A stretch of DNA of 62,700 nt from Candidatus Altiarchaeales archaeon WOR_SM1_SCG. GTDB lineage: Archaea; Altiarchaeota; Altiarchaeia; IMC4; WOR-SM1-SCG. Under the pieces are notes generated by a model, which saw nothing but the letters and a program-made list of their open reading frames with translations, was not told the DNA's origin and did not search any database. How positions within the stretch are numbered: the stretch's first letter is position 1; the number at the start of each line of letters is the position of its first letter. The position numbers were made by a program, and so were the translations under genes. This document shows positions 10,157-20,100 of this stretch, in pieces. The DNA lies in NCBI GenBank assembly GCA_001723845.1, contig MCBE01000110.1, forward strand, positions 1-62,700, written 5' to 3'.

Positions 10157-11524
10157 TTATTTCATGGTGTATTTTGTTGCCCTTCCGACACCAATCTTTT
10201 TAAATATATCTCTTATGAAAAGTTCTTTTATATCAATATGAGCAGTCCTTGCGGACACTTCATTTAATTTCATATACTCTCTTTTGGTTATATTGCCCCT
10301 TTTCCGGGCATATTCTATCGCCCTTCTCTGCCGATCATTCAAATCTAAATCAAAAGATTCAAAATCCTTCGGGGAGAATATAGTCACTATTACACTTGCC
10401 CCCGTGTCTTCTATCTTTGGAAATGCGGGGTGTAATGGATGTGATTCTATTTCATCCATAATCCTGTCCCAGCCCTCGCCCACTTCTTCAACATATCTTA
10501 TTTTATTCAAAACTTTCATTAATACGGGATTTCTGTGAGAAGTTTCTTTTAGAATATTTTCGGGCGTGATTCCCGCAGGAAGGGGTCCGGGAGATTGATA
10601 TTCTATCCTGTCTTCAAAAATTTTGATGATCACCCGGGCGCCTGATGTAGTATAATCTCTGTGTGCAACGGCATTCACCAGAAGTTCCCTCAGAACAAAT
10701 GGGGGGTATTGGCTTATATCCTCCCTTGCTAGCTGACCTTCTTTTAAATAAGAATATGTATTGATATTTTTATTTATAAATTCATTGGTCTCATCTATTA
10801 TATCCAAAAGGCATCCCTGAAAATCCCTTATATCCTTGTGTTTGGTCCCGACTTTTTTAGACAGATATACCGCTATTGTAACTCGTGTATTCGGGAAAAA
10901 TTTTTGCGGGTCATTACCAAATAAGAGAACTCCCGCGTTTGTTGGCTTATTTTTATCGCCCGCTGATCTCAAACAATTCAAAGATTTTAGTAAATCTTCA
11001 GATGAAGTGTGGATTTTTCTTTTGATTATGAACTCGTATCTTTCCTTGAACCACTCTGCTTTTTCCCAATCAATATCCCCTAAATTTGCATCTTCACAAA
11101 TTTCAAAGTCCCAGTTCTTTTTTCTTTTATTCAAGATAATTCTTTCTAATTCTTCAGGTGGAATCACTATATTTTCAGCCCCGACTCTCTTGTAAGCAAT
11201 CCCGTTTAAATAGTAGAGTTTATTTAATCCCTCTTTTACCCGGACTTGTATAACCTTCTCCTTGCCCGTTCCAAGAACCGTGATTTCCGGACTTACTTCC
11301 GGCTTTATGTTCTGCCTGATTTTCTGTGATATTGACCTCAAAGTTGAGTCCGAAACCTCCTGCCCGACTACCTTCCCTTCATGGATCCCGAAATAAACGC
11401 TGCCTCCGCTGTGGTTCAAAAACCCACATACTGCCTTCAGACCCTTCTCTAACTGAGCCGTTGATTTCTTGAATTCTGCCTTCTCGGATTCACCGTATTT
11501 TAGTAATTCATTTATTTCATTCAT
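10157..11524 (-). CDS. AlbA_2-HATPase_c_4-wHTH protein, copy 2
   Basis: Shared N-terminus; VLRELLVNAVAHRDY, EDRIEYQSPG, HRNPVL, VEEVGEG, LNDRQ, GVGRATKY. Confidence 0.85.
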   Translation of the reverse strand: MNEINELLKYGESEKAEFKKSTAQLEKGLKAVCGFLNHSGGSVYFGIHEGKVVGQEVSDSTLRSISQKIRQNIKPEVSPEITVLGTGKEKVIQVRVKEGLNKLYYLNGIAYKRVGAENIVIPPEELERIILNKRKKNWDFEICEDANLGDIDWEKAEWFKERYEFIIKRKIHTSSEDLLKSLNCLRSAGDKNKPTNAGVLLFGNDPQKFFPNTRVTIAVYLSKKVGTKHKDIRDFQGCLLDIIDETNEFINKNINTYSYLKEGQLAREDISQYPPFVLRELLVNAVAHRDYTTSGARVIIKIFEDRIEYQSPGPLPAGITPENILKETSHRNPVLMKVLNKIRYVEEVGEGWDRIMDEIESHPLHPAFPKIEDTGASVIVTIFSPKDFESFDLDLNDRQRRAIEYARKRGNITKREYMKLNEVSARTAHIDIKELFIRDIFKKIGVGRATKYTMK

Positions 11525-11967
11525 TCTTTTTTGAGGACATAATAAATATTAGGATTATGAGTTTGTAAGCCGAACCTGAACTCCAGATGGTGCTTTCCTG
11601 CCGAAAGAACCTTACCTGTCCCCGTTCCCGTTTCACTGCATTCGTAATTCCCGACGAAAATTGAATTATTAATTAATTCGTAATTTAAGGTTTCATTCCC
11701 GCACCTGACCCCAAGGAACATTAAATCTTTATTAAATTCGGTTCCGTTAACGGCGGTAATCCACAGGTCAGCGGTTCCGGTTGTGTTGAACATTACCGTC
11801 CAGTTGCCGCCGACCGCGGGGTAGGACTGGGGGTTAATTATCGTGATATTCGCATCCCCGCCGGGCGGGCTATCCGATGCAATCGGAAGAGCGCACGCTA
11901 ACGCTATGAAAAGCACGATTAGTCCGGTTCCGGACAACGCCTTATTTTGTTTTGGTTTTTGGTTCAT
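11521..11967 (-). CDS. 148-aa truncated surface-protein N-terminus copy (start reassigned to MNQKPK)
   Basis: The ATG at 11967 overlaps the TGA of 11964..13382 (ATGA), and the length then equals the other copies. Confidence 0.7.
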   Translation of the reverse strand: MNQKPKQNKALSGTGLIVLFIALACALPIASDSPPGGDANITIINPQSYPAVGGNWTVMFNTTGTADLWITAVNGTEFNKDLMFLGVRCGNETLNYELINNSIFVGNYECSETGTGTGKVLSAGKHHLEFRFGLQTHNPNIYYVLKKE

Positions 11968-13382
11968 TGTTTTTGGTTTCTTGCCATTTTTTCTTGCCAT
12001 TTTTGGCGAGATAGCGTATAATATGTTTTCCTGCCAATACTCTTTTTTTGGATTAAGGCATAATCTATTAATCTCGTTAATTCCCGGTTTGCAGTTCTTG
12101 CAGGAACGTTCAGTAGTTTCTCGCATTCAGTACGGGTTATTGCGCCCGTATTCTGCAAGTACATAAGAACTTTCAACTGCTTCTCCGATAGTTTAACCTG
12201 CTCCATTACTTTCTTCTCAGATTCAAACTTCTCTTTCGTTGAGAATATCTTAACCTCTGTTGTGTAATCATCTGTTGTGATTTTTGGCTGTAATGGTTTG
12301 AGAGGATGCTGTTTATGCTCTTTAATTATCTTATCCCAACCCTCGCCAACTCCTTCAATATATCTAACCCTTGACAGCACGTCTGCTATGATTTCGTTTC
12401 TGGAATGCTGCTTACTGACAATGTTATCAGGGGTTATTCCCGGAAGTAATCCGCCGGGATTGTAATATTCTATTCTATCGTCAAACATCTTTATTATTAC
12501 TTTTGACCCCGTCACCATATAGTCCCTATGAGCAGCAGCATTAACCACCAGCTCTCTGATCGAAAACCACGGGTATTCCGGGATGTCTTGTCTTTCAACC
12601 TGATATGGGAGCAGGCGCCCCATCATCGTAATATGCCCTTTTATATATCTGTCGCATTCGTCTATTTGCCTGAATAGATTACCCTTAAATTCTTTATAAT
12701 CCATCCTTTCGATTCCGATTTCCTTGCCCCCGTATCTCGCAAGAGCGATATAAGCATTTCGGAAAAAATCCTGTGGAGTTTTGCCAAATAAAATAATCCC
12801 CGCATTAGTCGGCATATCCTCTTTTATGCACCCTAACGCCCCTAATAGATTGATATGGCTGCCAACAACCTCTTTCTCTGCATATTTTTCATACCTTAGT
12901 ACAAAAAATTCTCTTACGAAATTCATATCAATGTCGTTCAAACTCGCTTCCTCACAAATTTCAGAATCAAAATGCACTCCTTTTTTCTCTAATATGATTC
13001 TCTCCAGTTCATCGGGCGGGATTACCACGTTTTCGGTTCCAACCCGTTTATATGCAATTCCATCCAGATAGTAAAGTTTGTTCTTTCCTTCTTTTACCTC
13101 AACCTCAATAAACTTCATTCCTCCGGTATCCAAAACTTTAATTTCCGGGCTCATCTCAGGTTTTATCTTCTGCCTTATTTTCTGTGATATTGACCTCAAA
13201 GTGGAGTCCGAAACCTCCTGCCCGACTACCTTCCCTCCGTGGATTCCGAAATAAACGCTGCCTCCCCTGTGGTTCAAAAACCCACATACTGCCTTCAGAC
13301 CCTTCTCTAACTGAGCCGTTGATTTCTTGAATTCTACCTTCTCGGATTCGCTATATTTTAGTAATTCATTTATTTCATTCAT
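11964..13382 (-). CDS. AlbA_2-HATPase_c_4-wHTH protein, copy 1
   Basis: Shared N-terminus; SIRELVVNAAAHRDY, DDRIEYYNPG, SRNEIIA, IEGVGEG, TRTECEKLLNVPARTANREL. Confidence 0.85.
   Translation of the reverse strand: MNEINELLKYSESEKVEFKKSTAQLEKGLKAVCGFLNHRGGSVYFGIHGGKVVGQEVSDSTLRSISQKIRQKIKPEMSPEIKVLDTGGMKFIEVEVKEGKNKLYYLDGIAYKRVGTENVVIPPDELERIILEKKGVHFDSEICEEASLNDIDMNFVREFFVLRYEKYAEKEVVGSHINLLGALGCIKEDMPTNAGIILFGKTPQDFFRNAYIALARYGGKEIGIERMDYKEFKGNLFRQIDECDRYIKGHITMMGRLLPYQVERQDIPEYPWFSIRELVVNAAAHRDYMVTGSKVIIKMFDDRIEYYNPGGLLPGITPDNIVSKQHSRNEIIADVLSRVRYIEGVGEGWDKIIKEHKQHPLKPLQPKITTDDYTTEVKIFSTKEKFESEKKVMEQVKLSEKQLKVLMYLQNTGAITRTECEKLLNVPARTANRELTRLIDYALIQKKSIGRKTYYTLSRQKWQEKMARNQKQ
11977..12011. 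repeat. TTTCTTGCCATTT x2 plus an imperfect inverted copy TGGCGAGA
   Basis: Read directly. Confidence 0.8.
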
Positions 13383-13513
13383 TCTTTTTTATTTTGTAAC
13401 AATTTTAACAAAATTTTAAATTTTTTGTTATTTTTGTTATTTTTGTGTTTTGCTGCCCATCAAAACCCCCGCAGCCCGGCTTTCCGGGTACGGGATAATT
13501 TTTTTTAAAATTT

Positions 13514-13673
13514 TTGACACGCCCTCCTGTCCCATCATGCAGTTGAAAAGCGTACGGGGAGCTATAACGGCTATGAATGGCTGACTGCCGCATCCGAGGT
13601 ATAGACGCAGGCAGGTTGAATATGACAGCCATTTTTGCCTCTCAACTGCAAATTTTGGTGGAGGGTATGCCAA
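13514..13673 (-). ncRNA. Candidate structured RNA element, long form (copy A)
   Basis: Nested stems on the minus strand: TTGGCATACCCTCC/GGAGGGCGTGTCAA, TGCAGTTGAGAGG/CTTTTCAACTGCA, AATGGCTG/CAGCCATT. Homologue at 25392-25560. Confidence 0.55.
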
Positions 13674-13688
13674 TTTTTTTATGAAAAC

Positions 13689-14070
13689 CGCCTCTTTTTC
13701 CCAGATCCATCAAGGGAAAATATAACGGCAATTTAGATGCTTACACGGGGAAGTGTTTTGCAAGATTACCCTGATGGAATTTTTGGTAAGAGACGAATTT
13801 TTTGTTTTTTTGTTTTTTATGAGACACTCTGCCTCTTTGTCCCAAATCCATCAAAGGGAAATATAACGGCAAGTTGCTTGAAAACGGGTGAGTGATTTCA
13901 AGATTTACCCTGATGGAATTTTTGGTAAGAGACAGAATCGTCATCTTTTTTAAATTTAACCCTGCCTCCCTGTCCCAAATCCGCCAGGGGAAATATAACG
14001 GCTAAGTTGGTTTAAAATCACGGGGAGTGATTTACATTATCCTGATGGATTTTTTGGTAGGGGGAGGGTT
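13689..14070 (-). ncRNA. Three tandem ~110-nt structured elements, short form (13689-13795, 13828-13936, 13958-14070)
   Basis: Each reads stem-ACCAAAAA-TCCATCAGG-[variable hairpin]-GCCGTTATATTT-CCC..GRYGGATYTGGGA-stem on the minus strand. Non-Watson-Crick pairs are mostly G-U compatible on that strand. Confidence 0.55.
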
Positions 14071-14156
14071 TTTGTTTTTTTGTTTGTTTTGTTTTTTGTT
14101 TTTTTTGTTTATTGTTTATTTTATTATTTTTATTTGATTGTGATTTTTTTTTATTT

Positions 14157-17100
14157 TCATGCAGCAATTGTATCGTTTCTCGGAATGTTTATCCAGTAAC
14201 CTTTCCCGGGCTTAATTTCCGAAAGGTCGCCGAACCAATCGCCGTAGGCGTAAGAGCGGTAATTCCACCGCCCTTCCCATGTTGCAAGATCAATGTATGT
14301 TAGTGTCAGGTTTTGAACAGGGAATGCACTTGTTGAAGGCCAGCCGATAAGATTCCAGCCGCGATATAATGTAATGTTAAATTCGTTTATTGTTTTCCCG
14401 CTGATTGTTAAGTTATCCGCTTCTTTCATATTCAGCCAGTAGCCCTTCTTCGGCTCAATTTCCGAAAGGTCGCCGAACCAGTCACCGTAGGCATAGGAGC
14501 GGTACTGCCACCGGTTATTCCATGCGGCAACATCAATGTATTTTCCTTGAATTGGCTCAAGGATTGAAAGGATTGAAGTGTCGTCCGGCTGGATTGGAAT
14601 TGAAATCAGGTTCCATCCCTTTTCAAGTTTCAAGGTGTAGTTAAGTTCTGTTGAGTTAATGCAGTCAATACATCCCGAAATTGCAATAACCGTTGACGAA
14701 CTAATGTTAAACTCGCAGTCAGGGCAGAGTTCGGGATGCTCCGGGTCAAGGTAGGAGAGGGTTACATTGTTTCTTGCCGTGCTTCCGACACCCGGGATTA
14801 CCTGCGCCCTGTACTTGATTGACACCTGCTGTCCCGGCGTTAAGAAGAGCCATTTTGAAAGATTCCAGAACAGTATCTCGCCCATGCCGTCGCCTGTCTG
14901 CTCACCTGTCACATTAAACAGGTCGCCGGAGTTACCGTCAAGAAGTTCGCCGTGAAAATGACTGCAGTTCCCGCCGTACTGCGCGGTGTAGTTTCCTGCT
15001 GCTTTATCAGTATAATCTCCGCAGACCGTCGGCTCAATTTTTAAGTCGCCGACATAAGCATAGCCGGGCACATATTTGATATAGGGGGGCATTGTGTCTG
15101 CAAGCGTTAAGGGTGCGATATTTGCACCCGCGGGATTGTTCCAGATTACAACCATGTAGTCAATGTATTCAAAGAATGTGGGTGAATTTGTTGAAGCATA
15201 CTTGTAAAGTTCCGCATCCGCGATATATCCTCTCATTTCAAAAGATGTGCTGTTCGGTCCTACCTGGCTGCCGTTGCCTGTAACTCCCGAAACATTCACG
15301 GTGTTGTTGAATGTCGTGTTCTGGACATTACACTTGACATGAACCCTGAATGTAAGTATTCTCGTGGTCTTGGGAGGTATCACGACCAGTGCTTCAGTAT
15401 TGGTATCTGTAAAGTTGGTATTTGTCCAGTTCCAGGTAAGGTTTAACTGCCCCGTATCATTTGAGCCGCACTCGAATTCCCTGATTCCCGTCCAGTTGGG
15501 GTCGCTTATTTTCCTGCCGTCAAGTTTTGCAGTCCCGTCTGTGTAATTAAAGCCCCTTGGTAAAAATTCCGTGATCGTGATATTGTAAACGGTTGCATAA
15601 GTCGGGTTTTCAATGATTATCGTAATTAATGGCTCTGAACCCGGCTCAACATCATGCTGGCTTACATCCTTGACTATTTCAAGAGCGGGCTTATAGACCG
15701 TAATTGATATACAGTACTCGTCCGTGTATCCTGTATTTGTGTTATCGTAGCCCGTAATATTTGCACAATTTTCATTGATTCCTCCCGATGCGTTGTCGGT
15801 AACAATTGCCGTGTATTTTATTGTTTTCTTTTCACCTGCGTTTAAGGTAATGTTTCCGAAAATTATGATGTTATTTGTTGAACTTCCGGCTGAACTTTGT
15901 TCCGATTCATTCATCCCTGTGATGCTTTGCGTTACTTCTAAAAACTCCCATCCGGGACTCATTGTATCATTGACGGTTACATTGTAAAGAGTTGATTCGC
16001 CGTCGTTTTCAAATATTAAAGTAAATTCTACGATGCTTCCCGGCTCTGCTGTTGTGATGCTTGAGAGTTTTTCTATGCCGACCCCGGGTTTTAAGACGGC
16101 AACACATTTCCCGGCGTATTTTTTAATAATTGAATTATTCATCATATCGGTTGCATTGTATGACGCAATATCACAGCCGCGAATATCGGCACCCGAAGAA
16201 ACCGAAGTATTGAAATATAAAATTAATTCTTCTCCCGGTGAAAGTGTGATTACGGCATCGGGGGTAAATTCAACCGAACCCATTGTAGAATTAACGGTAA
16301 AATTATAATCAACTGTACTTCCGCCGGTACGGGTTAATACACCGGTCCCGTTTGAAGTGACAGTATGCCCGTCCTGCACATCATCGGTAATCCCGTGAAT
16401 TTTCGCATCCGCCTTTGCAGAATTCGGATTTGTAATTCGTATCTCATAATTCACGATATCGCCGGGGCTTGCAGTAGATATGTCTGAAAATTTCTCTATG
16501 TCAAGATAAGGATGGTTGATAATAACGCATTCCCTGTCAAAGTCGGATGATGCGTTTTCGTTATCGTAGTAGTGACCCAATGCCCACGCCTCGTCGCATC
16601 CTGATTCAGAATTTGCTCCTGCCGTCATATTGAATTTAATTGTAATTCCTCCGTAGGATGCAAGATTCCCGTTTATGATTGTGTTTTCATTGCTTATGGT
16701 TGATAAATCAAAGTAAAGTGCAATTTCATCTATTCCCATGCGGTTTACCGTTGCATTCGTGATGTTAATTGTCCCGAGAGGTATGAGCCATTCCTTAAAG
16801 CCGTTGCTTCTCAATTCATAGACGCCTGCTTCCCAGTTTTCCGGATAGAAACCGGTCTGGTTGAATTCATAAACCGAAACATTATATGCAAGTGCTTCGG
16901 AAGGATTGAAAACAGAGATTTCATAGCCCAGGATGTCACCGGGCTGTGCTTCCGAAATGTTAACATGCTTTCTTACCTGTACCGCGGGGTGATAAACGGT
17001 AATACTCCAGGCATCCGTTGCATTAACAAGAGAGCATCCCGCAAAATCCCTTGCCGCTGCCGTAACAAGGTTTACGCCCGGAGGTGTTGTTGTGTTTGCG

Positions 17101-20100
17101 GTTGCTTGTGCAGTGCATTTAATTGTTATGCTGCTGTTCTTTTCAAGCGATGACAGGTTCCATGTTACCGTGTTTGTTACGCTGTCGTTATCTCCTTCCG
17201 GAGAACTGCTGATGTATGTAAAGCCCTGCTGGAATATGTCCGTGACAATAACATTGTACGCGTCTGCCTGACCCGGATTACTGATAATAATTGCATAATT
17301 AATCAGATCACCGACTTCTGCTTTTGTAACATTTGCATATTTCGTCACTTCAATGAACGGGTGAACTATTAATACCTCAACGGAGTCGGGAATTGAAACG
17401 ATATTTTCCAGCCCGTTAGAAGCGCTTGCATAAACCTCGTCTATTCCCATGTTTATTTCGCAGTTTCCTGTCTGTGTTGTTAAATTAAAATCAAGAATTA
17501 CGGAACTTCCGGGAGTTAAATTTGTATTTAAATTTGTTGAATTCCAGAATAATGTATTTCCGCTTTCCTCCGGGTCGTTAATTCCCGAGCCGTTAAATAC
17601 CGATGAGCCGCTTACATAACTCATTCCCGTTAATGTGTCGGTAACGGTGATGTTGTACGCTGTTCCCGTTCCGGTGTTTTCAATTGAGACATGATATGTC
17701 ATTGTTTCTCCCGGCTCCATTGAACCGGAATCAGCCCACTTGTGAACTTCCAGTTTTGGTATGCCGACGGCAAAACTTGCAAAATCCGTATCCGTAATTT
17801 CCGGCTCGCACGGTCCATTCCCGGAAGCAACGACCTTATTGATGTTCGTGCCTTCAAATGCGTCTTCGGTGATGTTTGCCCTTATGTAAAATATTTTGTA
17901 TGAATTGCCGCTGATGTTTCCTGCCGAGAAATTTACTGACTGCCCTGCGTATGGCGTTCCTGTCGTGCTTGTCGTTACCTCATTCCCGGAAGCATTCGTG
18001 CAGTTTATGAATTCCAGCCCTATTGAAAGGGTATCGTTCACCGTGACATCGTATATCGTTGTATTGCCCCTGCTGCTCACATTAATAATAAATTCAATTA
18101 TGTCTCCCGGCTCGTACCTTAATGCGCCTGCGATATTCTTTGAAACATCAAGTATTACATCAGATACTATGTCTGTTGAAGCATAAGATGATGCGTTCAA
18201 AATTGTCCCGTTTGAATCGTAAGCGTAAGCATCAATATAATTGTAATATTCACCGAAACATTCAAGTCCGGGGACAGAAACATCATACCTGAACCTACAT
18301 ACCGCTCCTGCAGATAGGTTCCCGGTTACTATGAAATGACTCCCGTTGTGCGTAACATTACATGTAGAATTTGTTAAATTTATTATATTATTTTCATATT
18401 CCCACCCGCCGGGCAGGGTATCGTTTAAAGTGATATTGTAAAGTGTCCCGTCTCCCGAATTACCCAGGATAATTTCATAAGTTACATTATTCCCCGGGTA
18501 AGATAATGAATCAATTGACATTTTATCAACCGTTAATATTCCCCTCCATATCGGGCAGACCTCCCATATATCCTGTAGATACGGCTTTTGTGTCCCGTCG
18601 CCGTCATGGTAATTAACTGTAACGATATTTATGCCGCATTTCGCATCGGATGTTACGGAAGTGTTGTAAATTAATGTTACGCTCTTTGTCGGAGGAATAT
18701 AAGGTATCGTGTAATTCCAGTAAATTGTTGAGCCGGCAGGCGGGTTTGTTTCATTCAGGGTTTCGTTTATTGTAATATTCATTACCGTTCCGTTCCAGAA
18801 TGTCAGCGTGCCGTTACTTATTAACCTGAAGCCGTGCTGGAGGTCATCCGAAATTGTGATATCATAAGCGGTTGCAAGGCTCGGGTTATGGATAGTTATG
18901 GTATATTCAACAATATCTCCCGGCTCTGCATCCGTTGCATTCCCTGTTTTTGTTAAAGTCAACTCAGGGTGATGAACTTCCACCTGCGCGTAATCACATA
19001 TATGTCCGCCTCCTTCAGGGATTAATCCCCACGGCGGCTCTGCGGGGTTATCAGTCCCGTTTGTGCATGCCCAGTTTGTATTTATCAAGGGTGTTGCGTT
19101 TGACATCACATGAACCGTGAATTTTATTGTAATATTTTCTCCCGGCTCAAGCACATTGGTAAAATTAGTAGGCACAAGAAACTTACTATATCCGGAATGC
19201 CACATCTCGCTGTACCAGTCAATGTTCCAGGTTATGTTCTGCCCGACGCTTACAGTTCTCCCGACGGAAACATTGCCCTCCCCGATAAGTATGTCATTAC
19301 CTGAGTAATTGACAATATATGATTTATTCGCATACCTGAACCAGGGGGGAAGCGTATCGTTAAGAGTTACATTGTACGCATGCGCATGCGATGGATTTTC
19401 AATAATTATAGTAAAATTAAATTCATCTCCCGGCTCTGCGGTTATCAATTCCTGCCAGTCCCCGACATATTTTTCTATTGTTAAATTCGGATGCACGACA
19501 GGAATCTCGGGAGTGGTGTAACTCAGACATGAAGTTTCACCAACCAATGCATCTGCACAGACATTTGCGGTATTATTTTCAACAAAACTTGCATTGGAAT
19601 GAACATAGAGCGTGAAGTTAATCTGCCAGTATTCTCCCGGCTCCAGAGTTCCATCTGTTATGTTCCAGTAATATATCCTTCCGATTGAATAATTCGTCAC
19701 CGAACCATTTGAAGTTGTATAATTTGTCCAGGCAATAAGCGTCGTATTTATCGGCATTTCATCCCATACCGTAAGATTGTAAAATGTTACATTGCCAGTA
19801 TTGGTTACAAGTATGCTGTAATCCGCGTAATCTCCCGGTTCAAGAGGACCCCCGGGATAGCCGCTGCCGTTTTCATAGTTTCTCGTCATGTTGGTAATAG
19901 TTTTTGTTATGTTCATCCCGGGAAGCGAGGGATAGAATTGAATCACAAAAACGGGAGTTGCAAAAGGAAATATTTCCTCGGAAAAATAAACGCCGTGCAT
20001 GAATCCGTAATTCAAGTCCTCAATTGTCCAGTTTGATGCCGTGCCGTTGAACATGTCTATTGCCTGCACCTCAATTTCAAGAAGCCAGTTCGTCATATTC

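Noticed and set aside
4044..12011. Short repeats as a CRISPR array
   Set aside because: Units are 11-13 bp, directly adjacent and without spacers, and no cas genes are present.
11968..12126. Extended N-termini of track ORFs 11521..12126 and 9551..10096
   Set aside because: Paralogy, and for 11967 the ATGA coupling, place the starts at 11967 and 10024. The extensions overlap another gene or low-complexity DNA.
3600..13390. Diversity-generating retroelement (TR/VR pairs) explaining the near-identical copies
   Set aside because: There is no reverse transcriptase in the window, and the differences between copies are not confined to adenines.
13405..13944. Track ORFs 13405..13632, 13437..13673 and 13741..13944 as genes
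   Set aside because: They overlie the structured repeats, show no recognisable protein features and are not conserved in frame between copies.
13514..14070. Integron attC sites
   Set aside because: The hairpins lack paired RYYYAAC/GTTRRRY ends, no ORFs lie between them, and no integrase is visible.
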